The notes beneath the pieces are model-generated. The model was not told the origin of the DNA, did not search any database, and was given only the letters and a program-made list of their open reading frames with translations. DNA of 64,000 nucleotides, taken from contig CAWDXN010000002.1 of assembly GCA_963806355.1 (NCBI GenBank), forward strand, positions 51,326-115,325, read 5' to 3'. Made by a program: the position numbers and the translations under genes. Shown here one piece after another: positions 48,751 through 59,227 of the stretch. Origin of the DNA: Methanomassiliicoccaceae archaeon. Lineage in GTDB: Archaea; Thermoplasmatota; Thermoplasmata; Methanomassiliicoccales; UBA472. Numbering within the stretch: the stretch's first letter is position 1; each line of letters starts with the position of its first letter.

Positions 48751-49929
48751 TCAACTCTCCATATGGCCGGTCCCCTCGACACCCTTATCCATGAACAAAA
48801 CGGTCTTTGAGGCCAGCCTTCCTGCGTCAAGGAACATCAAGGTGCCTAGCAGGGCAAGTCCGAACCCCACGATCCAGCTCCCCGGGATATCGAAGATCAC
48901 CTCACCCCCCTCCTGAGTGGAGAATCCCCCGGCCGCCATGATCGGTATGAATGCCAAGAAGGTACGGTAGAAGATACGTCGGTCCGTCACGGCCCAGGCG
49001 GACAACAGGATGCAGGGCAGCACGTAATAGCCATTATGCATCTTGGGGTAAACCACCAGGAAGACGAGCACAACTAGTGTGACGCTCTGCCACACCCCGA
49101 GCCTCCGCTTGTGACAGAAGAGGTAGGCGATCAGCAGCGAAACGAGCACCAAAGCCAGCTCCACCTCCTTGGGCAGTCCGTAACCGCCCACTCGCAGGAA
49201 GTGCCACATGCTTACCCCCCCGCTCTCCCGGCCGCTCACCCCCATCGTGTAGAACTCCAGGAAGAAGACGAAATCATCATAGCACGTCAGAGCAAAGTAG
49301 CCGATGGCGACGACGGTGACCAATGCGACGATGAGGAGGAGCAATGTGCGGTCCTTCCAGTTCCTCCAACGCAAGAACTCGATCGGAAGCAAGAGCACCG
49401 AGAACATCTTGGTCCAGATGCCCACACCGATGGCGAGGGCCGCTGGCAATTTGTAATTATAGAGCATGAGCAGGACAGCCCCAAAGAAGACGAACGCGAC
49501 GATGGCCTCGTCCTCAATAGCCACCGATTCGATGAGCAGGAAGGGGGTGATGACGGTCGCAAAGCCCACTTGGAAGGCCTTAACCTCGTTCCATCGCCTC
49601 AAAGAGAGATAGAGCATGATGGCGGTGATGCCTGCGAAGAAGGAGAAATAGAGGCCCCAAACCCATTCATGCTCGCCCCCTCCCATGAGCTGCGCCGGCA
49701 CCAACATGTAGTTGATGATCGGGGGCGTCTCCGTGCCAGTATCGCGATAGAGCAGGCCCCCGTCGATGATGGTCTGGGCCCTGGCCTGGTAAAGCTCAAG
49801 GTCGGGATGATGGACCGCCCCCTGGATGGCCAGGTCGACGGAGCTGTTGATGATCACACCCCCTCCGTAGATCAAAATGGTCAGCAGTATGAGGATGAGA
49901 AGCTTCCTGCGCACGCTCATCCTCAGCAC
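48751..49929 (-). CDS. Multi-pass membrane glycosyltransferase, DUF2029/GT87-like (GT-C type), copy 1
   Basis: 392-aa intact ORF with about 10 helices. The first loop reads YQARAQTIIDGGLLYRD...TPPIINY. It sits in a cluster with a GT2 polyprenyl-phosphate glycosyltransferase. Confidence 0.5.
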   Translation of the reverse strand: MLRMSVRRKLLILILLTILIYGGGVIINSSVDLAIQGAVHHPDLELYQARAQTIIDGGLLYRDTGTETPPIINYMLVPAQLMGGGEHEWVWGLYFSFFAGITAIMLYLSLRRWNEVKAFQVGFATVITPFLLIESVAIEDEAIVAFVFFGAVLLMLYNYKLPAALAIGVGIWTKMFSVLLLPIEFLRWRNWKDRTLLLLIVALVTVVAIGYFALTCYDDFVFFLEFYTMGVSGRESGGVSMWHFLRVGGYGLPKEVELALVLVSLLIAYLFCHKRRLGVWQSVTLVVLVFLVVYPKMHNGYYVLPCILLSAWAVTDRRIFYRTFLAFIPIMAAGGFSTQEGGEVIFDIPGSWIVGFGLALLGTLMFLDAGRLASKTVLFMDKGVEGTGHMES

Positions 49930-49958
49930 CCGCTCGTTGCATGAATCGATCAGCTGGT

Positions 49959-51215
49959 CTAGGGACGTGTCTCCACCTCCAGGCCCTTATCTGAGGGCCC
50001 ACTCTCCAGGAAAGTTCTCTGCGGAAGGGACAACCAAGCGGCGAGGATGAACAGCAGCGTCCCAGCGAGCGATAGGAACAGACCGATGATCCAGCTATCC
50101 TCGAATAGGTTGGAGATGGTCGAGTCCACATCGGGCAGGAACCCGGACGTCAGGCTCAGCGGGATGAAGGCGAGGTATGGCAGGACGGCCACGCGCCAAT
50201 CCCTCGCCCCCCAGACAGTCAGGAGCACGGTGGGCAGGATGTAGTAGCCCATGTGCATCTTCGGGTAGAAGACGATGAAGACCACCACTACCAGGGTCAC
50301 GCTCTGCCACACCCCCATGCGCTTCCAGTAGGCGAAAAGGTAGGCCGCAAGGAGGGAGCCCAGGACCAGAGCCAGCTCCAACGCCTCCGGCAACCCGTAG
50401 CCACCGACGCTGCAGGAAGTTCCACACGCTCAGGCCCCCGCTGGACCGCTCCGGGTCGCCGAGGAAGTAGAACTCCAAGAATTCCAGGAACTCCTCGGGG
50501 CAGAGGATGAGGAAAGGTACCGTCACGATCAGGGTGACCGCGACGACGATGACCACCAGCTCCCACGTTCCCTCCAGGTGGGCAAGCGAAGGAACTGGGT
50601 GGGAAGAAGCAGGACCGACCACATCTTGGTCCAGATGCCCGATGACGATGGCGAGGGCGGCGTAGCGGTTCGAGCTTCAGCAGCATCAGCAGCACGCGCG
50701 GTGAAGAAGACGAAGGCCACCAACGCCCCATCTTCCCCGATGTGGGTCTCATCGATGAGGAAGGGGCACAACAAGGCCAGGAACGCGACCTGGAATGCGC
50801 GGACATCATCGTAACGGCGCAGCACCAAGTACAGCATCATGGAGAGGAGGAAGGCAAAGGCCGTCTGATAGGCGGCCCACACCCAGTAGTGCTCCGCCCC
50901 GCCCAGCACCTGGGCTGGCACCAGGAAGTAGTTGATCAGCGGCGGGGTCTCTGTGTGCACGTCGCGATAGAGCAGTTCCCCGTCCAAAATGGCCTGGGTG
51001 CGAGCTCGGTAGATGTCAATGTCATATGAGGCGGTCGGATCGGCGATCCAGGTATCGGCGATCATTACCCCGTAGACGATTATGGCGATGACCAGAAGGA
51101 ACAGGACCTTTCTCCGGGGGCTCCATCCGCGGACAGGCTTGAGGACATCATCGATCAACTTATCGATGCGACTCCGTGGACCATCCGGTTGGTCGGTCAT
51201 ATGCCCACTCTCCAA
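49959..51215 (-). CDS. Multi-pass membrane glycosyltransferase, DUF2029/GT87-like, copy 2 (tandem paralogue); about 6 frame breaks within 50390-50720
   Basis: It is collinear with copy 1 (YRARTQAILDGELLYRD...TPPLINY; GIWTKMWSVLLLPTQFL; FLEFLEFYFLG; VWQSVTLVVVVFIVFYPKMH). The pieces lie in ORFs 50529-51215, 50297-50809, 50095-50622 and 49959-50393. Confidence 0.5.
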
Positions 51216-51234
51216 TCATCCACCTCTGTGACCA

Positions 51235-51957
51235 TCACTTCCTCTTCCGCATCGCCTTGATCTCTTCCTTGTGGTCCCGTTTGAACTTGTTATAATCGCC
51301 CAGGGTGATGAAGGGCACGGTGTAGAACTTGATATAGGACTTACCACTGGGCCTGGCGTAGTGCACGATGGGTATCTCGGCGATCCTCATGCCCTTCAGC
51401 GAGGCCAAGGGGAGGATGAAGCGGTGCAGGCCCCGGTATCCCTCCGGGTCGAAGCCCATGGCCACGGCCTTGTCGCGACGGAAGGCCTTGAAACCGCTGT
51501 TCTGGTCCTTCACGTCCAGTCCGAACTTCCTCTGGATGATCCAACGGTTGTAGGTCCGGGAGATCAGCTTACGAACATAGGGATCGGTGCGCTGACTGCG
51601 CCACCCCGTGACGACATCATAGCCCTCGTCCATCTTGGTCAGGAATAGCGGGATCTCCTTCGGTTCGTACTGTCGGTCGCCGTCCATGATGATGGCGATG
51701 TCGCCTCGCGCCTCCTTGAACCCGGTGCGGATGGCGTAGGAACGCCCTAGGTTGGTGGGATGATGCACCGCCCGAACCTCTTGGTGTTGCTTGGCCAGTT
51801 CATCGCAGACCTGGGGGGAGCGGTCCTCAGAACCGTCGTCCACCAGGAGCACCTCGCCGTCGATGCGGTTGTCCTTATAGACGGCCAGGATGTCCTCGGT
51901 CAAAGGCGCGATGTTGTCTTGCTCGTTCTTTATCAGAAGGATGGTGGTGCATCTCAA
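51235..51957 (-). CDS. GT2 polyprenyl-phosphate glycosyltransferase (dolichyl-phosphate mannose/glucose synthase-like)
   Basis: 240-aa intact ORF with LLVDDGSEDRS, GRSYAIRTGFKEARGDIAIIMDGDRQYEP, YDVVTGWR. Confidence 0.8.
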   Translation of the reverse strand: MRCTTILLIKNEQDNIAPLTEDILAVYKDNRIDGEVLLVDDGSEDRSPQVCDELAKQHQEVRAVHHPTNLGRSYAIRTGFKEARGDIAIIMDGDRQYEPKEIPLFLTKMDEGYDVVTGWRSQRTDPYVRKLISRTYNRWIIQRKFGLDVKDQNSGFKAFRRDKAVAMGFDPEGYRGLHRFILPLASLKGMRIAEIPIVHYARPSGKSYIKFYTVPFITLGDYNKFKRDHKEEIKAMRKRK

Positions 51958-52000
51958 GGTAAGACCTCGTTATGATCACTTTTCAACGGGGGCGAGGGAC

Positions 52001-52999
52001 CTAGGAGGTCCTGCGCGCGCGTTCATAATAAGCCAAGGCGATCAAGCTTATGGGGACCGACAGCCAGATCGAGGTCATGGCGCTTAGCAGACCGGCGGTC
52101 GCCGCCACGGACGGGTCCAATCCGCTGGCCGTGAATATGGCCGATGATATCAGGATGTTGCTGCTGCCCGCCGAGAGCACGATGCTGCTCAGCGATACCA
52201 AGCTGACCGTGGCTATGACGGCCAGCAGGGTCACCTCCGCTCCCAGCGCGACGATGATGAGATAGAGGCGCGCTATCTCGATGGTCCAGATGACCAAGGT
52301 CAAAGCGCCGGCATAGGCCAGGTTACTCTTGCTGTTCCTCGACTGGGGGCTCAAGGCCTGCGCGAAGGAGGTGGTGAAACCGGTCATGTACTTGGCCAAC
52401 TTCTCCCCCTTGGCGCCCAGACCAAGTCTTTTCATAACATCCGCCCCCCAGTTGCCCAAACGCAGGGCCAGGGCAGGGTGGGCCAGGACGTAGATGAAGA
52501 CGATGTTGGCCACCACCATCGCCGCCACCACCAGCACCAGCTGGGTCCTCGTCTCGCCCACGAAATAGGTGAGGAGAGCGGCTAGGCTGGTCACGGCCAA
52601 GGCGGTGACCACCAGTAGGTCCATCACGCGCTCCGTGACCACCGTGGCCAGGCCACTGCCCACGCTCACCCCCTCGTTGTTCTTGATCTCGAATATGCGC
52701 GATGTCTCCCCCACCACCCGCCCCGGGATGATGTTGTTCAGCGCCTGGGAGAAGGTGAAGGCGGCAAATGTGGAGCGGAACGGCAACTTCTTGCCCGCAC
52801 CTTGGAGCAATACGCCCCACCGGTAGGCCTTCAGCACCAGACCGATGACGTAGAGGGCGATGACGACCAGGATCAGGGTGAGGTCCACCTGGTCCAACGT
52901 CTCCGCCACCTCGCTCGGACCGGCCAACCAAAGCACTGCCAGTATCAGGAATACTGAGATCCCCAATTTCACCTTGGTGCTGGTGCTCATCTTACGCAT
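52001..52999 (-). CDS. Flippase-like membrane protein (UPF0104 / LPG-synthase TM-region family)
   Basis: 332-aa intact ORF with 8 or more helices and the motif LKAYRWGVLL...FSQALNNIIPGRVGE-like segment. Confidence 0.6.
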   Translation of the reverse strand: MRKMSTSTKVKLGISVFLILAVLWLAGPSEVAETLDQVDLTLILVVIALYVIGLVLKAYRWGVLLQGAGKKLPFRSTFAAFTFSQALNNIIPGRVVGETSRIFEIKNNEGVSVGSGLATVVTERVMDLLVVTALAVTSLAALLTYFVGETRTQLVLVVAAMVVANIVFIYVLAHPALALRLGNWGADVMKRLGLGAKGEKLAKYMTGFTTSFAQALSPQSRNSKSNLAYAGALTLVIWTIEIARLYLIIVALGAEVTLLAVIATVSLVSLSSIVLSAGSSNILISSAIFTASGLDPSVAATAGLLSAMTSIWLSVPISLIALAYYERARRTS

Positions 53000-53245
53000 G
53001 CGAGCTGGCCCCCCGATCCTCCACCAATGAATGTACCATAGGTCTGGCCCAGATGGTTCTGATTGAATGATAGAGGAATATTACTAATTATCGATTTAGT
53101 TGGAAATGTCTATCCGATCGCGGAAATGACGCGCCATCCTCTGAGGCTTGGCCGAGAACCACAACCTCTCGATGTCCACCCATTCAACCCTCGAACCTCC
53201 AATGGCAATAATGGGTCGAAAGGCAAATTGAATTATAGTGGTCCT

Positions 53246-53262
53246 TCGAGTTTTAAACTCGA
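53246..53262. promoter_or_regulatory. Palindromic TATA-like element TCGAGTTTTAAACTCGA upstream of the sulfatase gene
   Basis: 8-bp arms flank a central T, and the core TTTTAAA resembles an archaeal TATA box. It lies 56 nt before the ATG at 53318. Confidence 0.35.
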
Positions 53263-53317
53263 CCTGTCCATCCCAATATCATGCACTGACAGGGATCACA
53301 TACAAGGGGATCCATTT

Positions 53318-55664
53318 ATGGGGAGATCGTTCAAAGGCAAGATCAACATCGATGTCAGGGATTCGGTCCCTGATTGGGAACCATTCAAAGAACCGGTCGC
53401 AAAGGACGGAGCGCCGAATGTGCTGTTCATCGTCTGGGACGACGTGGGATTCGGGGCGTTCAGCTCCTTCGGCGGACTGATAGACACGCCGAACATGGAC
53501 CGCTTGGCCAACAACGGCCTTCGTTACACCCAGTTCCACACCACCGCGCTCTGCTCGCCTACCCGGGCCACCTTGATCACGGGCCGGAACCATACCACGG
53601 TGGGTATGGCATGCATCACCGAGGGGACCACCGGTTTCCCGGGCTCGTGCGGGCGCATCCCGCCCGAAACCGCCACCCTGGCCGAGGTGCTCGTGGAAAG
53701 GGGATACAACACCTTTGCCGTGGGGAAGTGGCACCTCACCCCGGAGGAGGAGAGCACCACAGCCTCCTCGAAGAGGAACTGGCCCTTGAGCCGTGGCTTC
53801 GACAGGTTCTATGGGTTCATGGGAGGGGAGGCGTCCCAATGGTACCCCGACCTGGTCTATGACAACCATGTGGTGGAGCAACCCTACCTCCCCAAGGACG
53901 GATACCATCTGAGCAAGGACCTGGTGGACAAGGCCATCCGCTTCGTCAGGGATTCGAAGCAGATAGCCCCGTCGAAACCGTTCTTCCTCTACTTCTGTCC
54001 AGGGGCCGGGCACGCTCCCCACCATGTACCGAAGGAGTGGGCGGACCGTTACAAGGGCAAGTTCGACATGGGCTACGAGCTCTATCGGGAGATCACCGCT
54101 AAGAGACAGAAGGAGATGGGCATCCTACCGAAGGGCACAGAACTTGCCGCGATCAACACAATGGTCGATGAGGTCAGCGCCAAGGGGGTCAAATGGCCAG
54201 CGCTGGACGTGATCCCGGAATGGGGCTCGTTGTCCAAAGAGGAGAAGGAACTGTTCAACCGGATGGCCGAGGTGTATGCTGGCTTCGTAAGCTATACCGA
54301 CCATGAGATCGGACGGATGATCGACTATCTCGGAGGAATCCGGGGAGCTGGACAACACATTGGTGGTGGTGATCTCCGATAATGGGGCCAGCGGCGAGGG
54401 CGGTCCCAACGGCTCGGTCAATGAGAACCTGTTCTTCAATGGCATGCCGGACAAGCTGGAGGACAACCTGAGGATGTTGGACAAACTGGGCGGTGAGGAC
54501 ACCTACAACCACTACCCCGCCGGTTGGGCCGAGGCGTTCTGCGCGCCCTTCAAGATGTACAAGCGCTACGCGGCCTGGAGCGGTGGCACATGCGATCCCC
54601 TGATAATCTCCTGGCCAAAAGGCATCAAGGCGAGGGGGATAAGGCACCAGTACCATCACGTCGTCGACATAGTGCCTACCATACTGGAGTGTCTCTCTTT
54701 GGAGATGCCAGAACATGTGAAGGGTTTCTCCCAGAAGCCCTTGGAAGGGGTCAGCATAAAATACAGCTTTGAAAACGAGAAGGCCCCCACGCAGAAGACC
54801 ACCCAATACTACAACATGCTGGGGAGCAGAGGCATCTGGCATGATGGCTGGAAGGCATCGACCGTGCATCCGACCATCGCCGGATGGGGCAACTATGCCA
54901 AGGACCGATGGGAGCTTTTCCATGTGGACGAGGACCGGGCGGAGGTGAACGATCTGGCCGGGAAATATCCGGAAAAGCTGACCGAGCTGGTCCAACAATG
55001 GTTCGTGGAGGCGGGCAAGACCAACGGCCTCCCGCTCGACGATCGATTCCCGATGGAGATAATGATGTCGCCCCGTCCCCAACCCGCCAAGGACAGGACG
55101 CGGTATGTCTATTATCCAGATACGGAAGGTGTTCCGGAATCGGTCGCCCCGAACATGCGCAACCGTTCCTATAAGATCGGAGCCCTACTGGACATACCCG
55201 CCGGGGGTGCTAGCGGCATCATATTCCAGATGGGGTCGAAGTTCGGAGGCCACGCCCTTTACGTAAAGGACGGGAGGCTGAACTATGTCTACAACTTCCT
55301 GGGCATGAAGGTCCAGACCATCACCTCGACCGAGAGCTTGCACCCTGGAAAGAACATCATCGTCGCGGCCACCTTCGACAAGGACGACACCGGGCCAAAG
55401 GTAGGGATACCCCATGGTACCCTGACGCTATTCGTCAATGACAAGAAGGTCGGCGAGGGCAATATCCAGACCCAGCCGGGCAAGTTCGGGCTCGGGGGAT
55501 CCCTGGAGGTAGGTCGGGGGGCAGGCTCGGAGATAACGCCTGAGTTCCCTGGAGAGCGCCCTTGGAAGTTCACAGGGACCATAAGACGGGTGGTCATCGA
55601 CCTGAGCGGGGAATCATATCAGGACATCGAGAAGGAGGCGCAGAGGGCGCTACGGACCATGTGA
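53318..55664 (+). CDS. Cys-type arylsulfatase (formylglycine-dependent sulfatase family), about 780 aa, no signal peptide; one frame break near 54355
   Basis: Motifs: NVLFIVWDDVGFG, signature TTALCSPTRATLITGRNHT, GKWHL, then VVVISDNGASGEG and a long C-terminal beta-domain. ORFs 53063-54382 and 54360-55664 join by a +1 step. Confidence 0.88.
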
Positions 55665-55772
55665 TGGGAGGGTCCCCTCGAGAACATCGCCATAACGCGC
55701 TTTCGCCACGCATCAAACCCTCGTCCATAGCGATGAGGGCATCTCCTCCTTCCCAAAAAGAAGGTCATATGT

Positions 55773-56878
55773 TCAGCGGCATATCCTAGACATAGTCCCT
55801 ACGACCAATGCCATGACGATGTCATCCAGGAAGGGACCTAGCCGCTTGATGGAATCAGGCTTTCTCGGATTGAAACGTTCATGATCGACCGGTACCCCCT
55901 TGCCCGCCAGGTATTCCACCAGGGCGACCCCCAGCAACTTGTCGGCCACAAGGTTCACTGGGCCGTTGTTGAACTCCCCTGCCTTCAGTCCGCGGATATT
56001 GTCACGATATCCCTCGGCCTCCATGAGCACGGCCGCCTGAACCAGTGAGTTGACGTTGGCGTCCTCCTTGAGCGTATCCAGGCTTTCCACGAACCTTCGA
56101 TGTAGGTCCTCCAGGTCCCAGGAGGGATCGGGGCGGGAGCTTGATGGCCATGGCCCACAGGTCGTCGATCGTCACACCCTTGCGCTCCAGTAAGGAAAGG
56201 AAATCCATGGGCGGGTTGACCAGTTTCCACTTCCTGATCGATTCGGAGGTGGCCTTGCGCACGGCCCGGGCGATGGCGATGCCCACGTCCGTGGCGGTGC
56301 CAGCGTACTTGGTGCCTTTGCCCAGAGGGGATACGATGGCCACTGCATCGCTGGTGGTGCCCGTGCCGCGTATCCCTCGTTCGAACATGGCCGCGCTCTT
56401 GGCCTCGGTGGCGGTGATGATGGCATTGGCACATCCCTCTGGCTCCAATGGTGCGTCCACAGCGACCACGATGTTGATGGTCCCGGGCTTGGTCAGCTTC
56501 CGAACGGTGGAGTCCGGCAAAAGCTCACCCGCCATGACCGCGTTGACCACTCCCGCCGTGACCACCGCTATGGCATGGACCCCGTGGTAGCGTTCCTCCG
56601 CCACCGCTATCGCCTTGCGGATCTCTGCGGCGGTCATGAAGCCCACCGTATGCTCCTCAAGGCCCAGCAGAGGATAGCTTGGAGGCCATGTCGCTCTCCG
56701 GGTCGCGGTTGTCGTAACCACATTCGACCTGCATCATGAGGACCGTGTCCGTCTCCGTGAAGCCGCCATTGCGCATCGTGGAGGAGAGCACCTTCATCCT
56801 TTGGGGGAACCGGATGATGGCGAATGTGTTCTCGTCATTAGTTCGCAGTTCCACATCCACCTTGAGATCGATCTTCAT
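55773..56878 (-). CDS. cbiZ: Adenosylcobinamide amidohydrolase CbiZ with a C-terminal extension of about 130 aa; two frame breaks
   Basis: Motifs: VLSSTMRNGGF, VGFMTAAEI, AVVTAGVVNA, GTINIVVAVDAPL, ITATEAKSAA, GTGTTSDAVAIV. The extension ends ...NLVADKLLGVALVEYLAGKG...LGPFLDDIVMALVVG. The pieces are ORFs 56657-56878, 56002-56721 and 55773-56090. Confidence 0.75.
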
Positions 56879-57063
56879 CCATCATCACCCGCGGAGCCGA
56901 ATGAGCACACTCCTTATTTATTTCTGGATACGGGGTCGGATCAAAAGGAGAGTTCGAATTAGCGCCATAAGCATAGGAATGGGAGCTTAGCCCACGGGGT
57001 CGCTACCCCGGGTCCTACCCTCTTTGTAAATAATCCTGAAACGTTCTCACCCTGAGGTCGGGC

Positions 57064-57519
57064 ATGAGGGCGATAATCGTCTTTGACTCAAAACATGGCA
57101 ATACGGAAAGGATCGCCGAGGCCATTGCAAAAGGGCTGAGGGGATCTGGCGTGTCCTTTGTGACGGTCATATGGGTCAACAAGGCCTGCGAGGACGACTT
57201 CCACGACATCGACCTTTGGGTCGTGGGCAGCCCCACCCGTTGGGGCGGGCCCACCTTCAAGATCCGCGCCCTTTTGAGCAACGCCATCAGGTATGAGGGC
57301 AAAGGGAGGCGTTTCGCCGTCTTCGATACAAGGTTCGAGAAGGTGCACACCGGCGCCTCGGAGAAGCTGAGGGTGACACTTAAGAAAGGAGGCCTCGCCG
57401 AGGTCATCGAACCGGACCACTTCGTCGTCATGGGGGGGAACGGACCTCTGAAGGAAGGCGAGGAGTCCCGCGCCGAGGCCTATGGCAAGAGGATAGCGGA
57501 ACGCGCCCTGATCACGTGA
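57064..57519 (+). CDS. Flavodoxin-family protein
   Basis: 151 aa with MRAIIVFDSKHGNTERIAEAIAKGL and WVVGSPTRWGGP. Confidence 0.8.
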   Translation: MRAIIVFDSKHGNTERIAEAIAKGLRGSGVSFVTVIWVNKACEDDFHDIDLWVVGSPTRWGGPTFKIRALLSNAIRYEGKGRRFAVFDTRFEKVHTGASEKLRVTLKKGGLAEVIEPDHFVVMGGNGPLKEGEESRAEAYGKRIAERALIT

Positions 57520-58839
57520 CCACGGCCGGGCCGTCCCCTTCCGGTTCCTTGTCCACGTTCGTCAATGCCAAAAGCCCCAGCGCAGATGGCGATGAAGACA
57601 GAGGCCAGGAGGAACAAGGCCTCATAGCCGAGCATGCCGGCAACGAACCCGCCGAGCAACGAACCGATGATCGTCGCCGATCCTTGCACGGCGTTGTACA
57701 TGCCCAAGGACTGGGTGCGGAAGTTCTTATAGGCCAGCTTGCCCACGATGGCATGCCCGGCCACGCTCAGCCCGGCCCAGCACAGGCCTGCGCCGGCGTG
57801 GAGGACCAGCAGCAGTACGAAAAGCTCGGTGCTCCCCAGGCTGAGCATGGTCACCAGGAAGAAGGAGGGAAAGATCACGATGCGCGCCGCGAAGCAGGCC
57901 ATCTGTATCCTCTTCCCGCCCCGCTTCTCGATCTGCCTGCCCATGAACCCGTAGGTGAGGGCGGAGGCGATGGCGCTTGCCAGATACACGACGAAGACCT
58001 CCGGGTTGCTCAGACCGATGTATTGGCTGAGGAAGATGGGAAGTGCGACATAGAAGGAGAGGAACCCGCTGAAGGCCAGGAACATGATCGCATAATAACG
58101 CTGCAGGGCGGGGGAGAAGTTGCTCCATCGCAGGTTCTTGGAGCTCACCTCCACGGTGTACATGATCTTCTGGGGCAGATAGCGCGCCTTCTCGATGCGG
58201 GCGATGAAGATGTGGTCGATGTCCTTCGGGTCGATATCGTTACGATCGACCTTCTTATCCGGTTCGGGCACCCAGCGCAACGCCAGGAAGGTGGCGATGA
58301 GGCACAATCCCGCCGCGAGGAGGAACAGCGCCCGCATGGACATCTCCTGTTCGTTGCCGTCGAAGATCATCAGCCAGACTATGCCCAGGATGAGACCGAC
58401 GACCCAACCGATGCCGCTGACCTTGCTGAAATCGCCCAGACCGACGGCCCCATTCCGTCTTGGGGAACGTCTCCAGGACCAGCACCGTACCCACTGGGGC
58501 GACCGCGGCGGCCAGAAGGCCGAAGAGGAAGTTCGCCACGAAATATTCGAACAGCCCGACGGACAGGCCCATCATCGCCAAGGCCAGGCCCATGCCCAGG
58601 AAGCCCAACAGTATGTACGGCCTCCGGCGTTTGCTCATGTCCGACAGGTTGCCCCAAAGGATGTTGGCCGGAACGGAGGCGATGGAGGTGATGGCGCTGA
58701 TGATGCCTACCTCGGCCAGGCTGGCCTTGAGGGCCTGCGCCATGAACAGGGGGATGAGGTTCGAGGTGGAACCGCCCGCTATGTTGTACGGTAGGAAGGT
58801 GTAGTACCACCGCTCCTCATGCGCCTTCTTGTCAGTCAT
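57512..58839 (-). CDS. MFS transporter; two frame breaks
   Basis: 12-helix pattern spread over ORFs 58255-58839, 57480-58370 and 57512-57754. Contains the MFS loop GNLSDMSKRRRPYIL. Confidence 0.75.
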
Positions 58840-58891
58840 CCCATCCCGACTGGCGCAGAACGGCGGTCGATGCTATTAATAAATTCTCATA

Positions 58892-59227
58892 TTAGATATC
58901 AATTACCACGGCCAGGCTCACCATGCCCAGGACGAACAGGGCGATGAGGATGAAACGGTAGTCCCGTTCTGTGGTGAAGAGCACCAGGGCGGTGAGGATG
59001 CGCAGCAGCGGGGTGGCGATCAGGACCAGGAGCCCCAGCTCCACCAGGGCCACGGGCTCCAAGGCCAACAACGCGTCCCAGAGCGAGCCCAGTCCGATCC
59101 ATTCCTGCTCCGCGTCCGGAGTGGTCGCGGTCAAAAATAGGCCGACGCCGATGAGGGCCATGCTCACCACCACCCCGGCCAACAGGACCTTGTGGATGAC
59201 CTGGTTCATGCGCTCCTGCGAGGGCAT
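58892..59227 (-). CDS. DUF1634-like small membrane protein, the usual partner of TauE/DUF81 permeases
   Basis: Reads MPSQERMNQVIHKVLLAGVVVSMALIGVGLF... with 3-4 helices. Its ATG overlaps the stop of the upstream permease. It is the in-frame tail of ORF 58892-60073. Confidence 0.55.
   Translation of the reverse strand: MPSQERMNQVIHKVLLAGVVVSMALIGVGLFLTATTPDAEQEWIGLGSLWDALLALEPVALVELGLLVLIATPLLRILTALVLFTTERDYRFILIALFVLGMVSLAVVIDI

Noticed and set aside
56879-57063. A cobalamin riboswitch upstream of cbiZ.
   Set aside because: I saw no B12-box-like conserved core, and riboswitches of this class are essentially bacterial. The spacer probably just holds divergent promoters for cbiZ and the flavodoxin gene.
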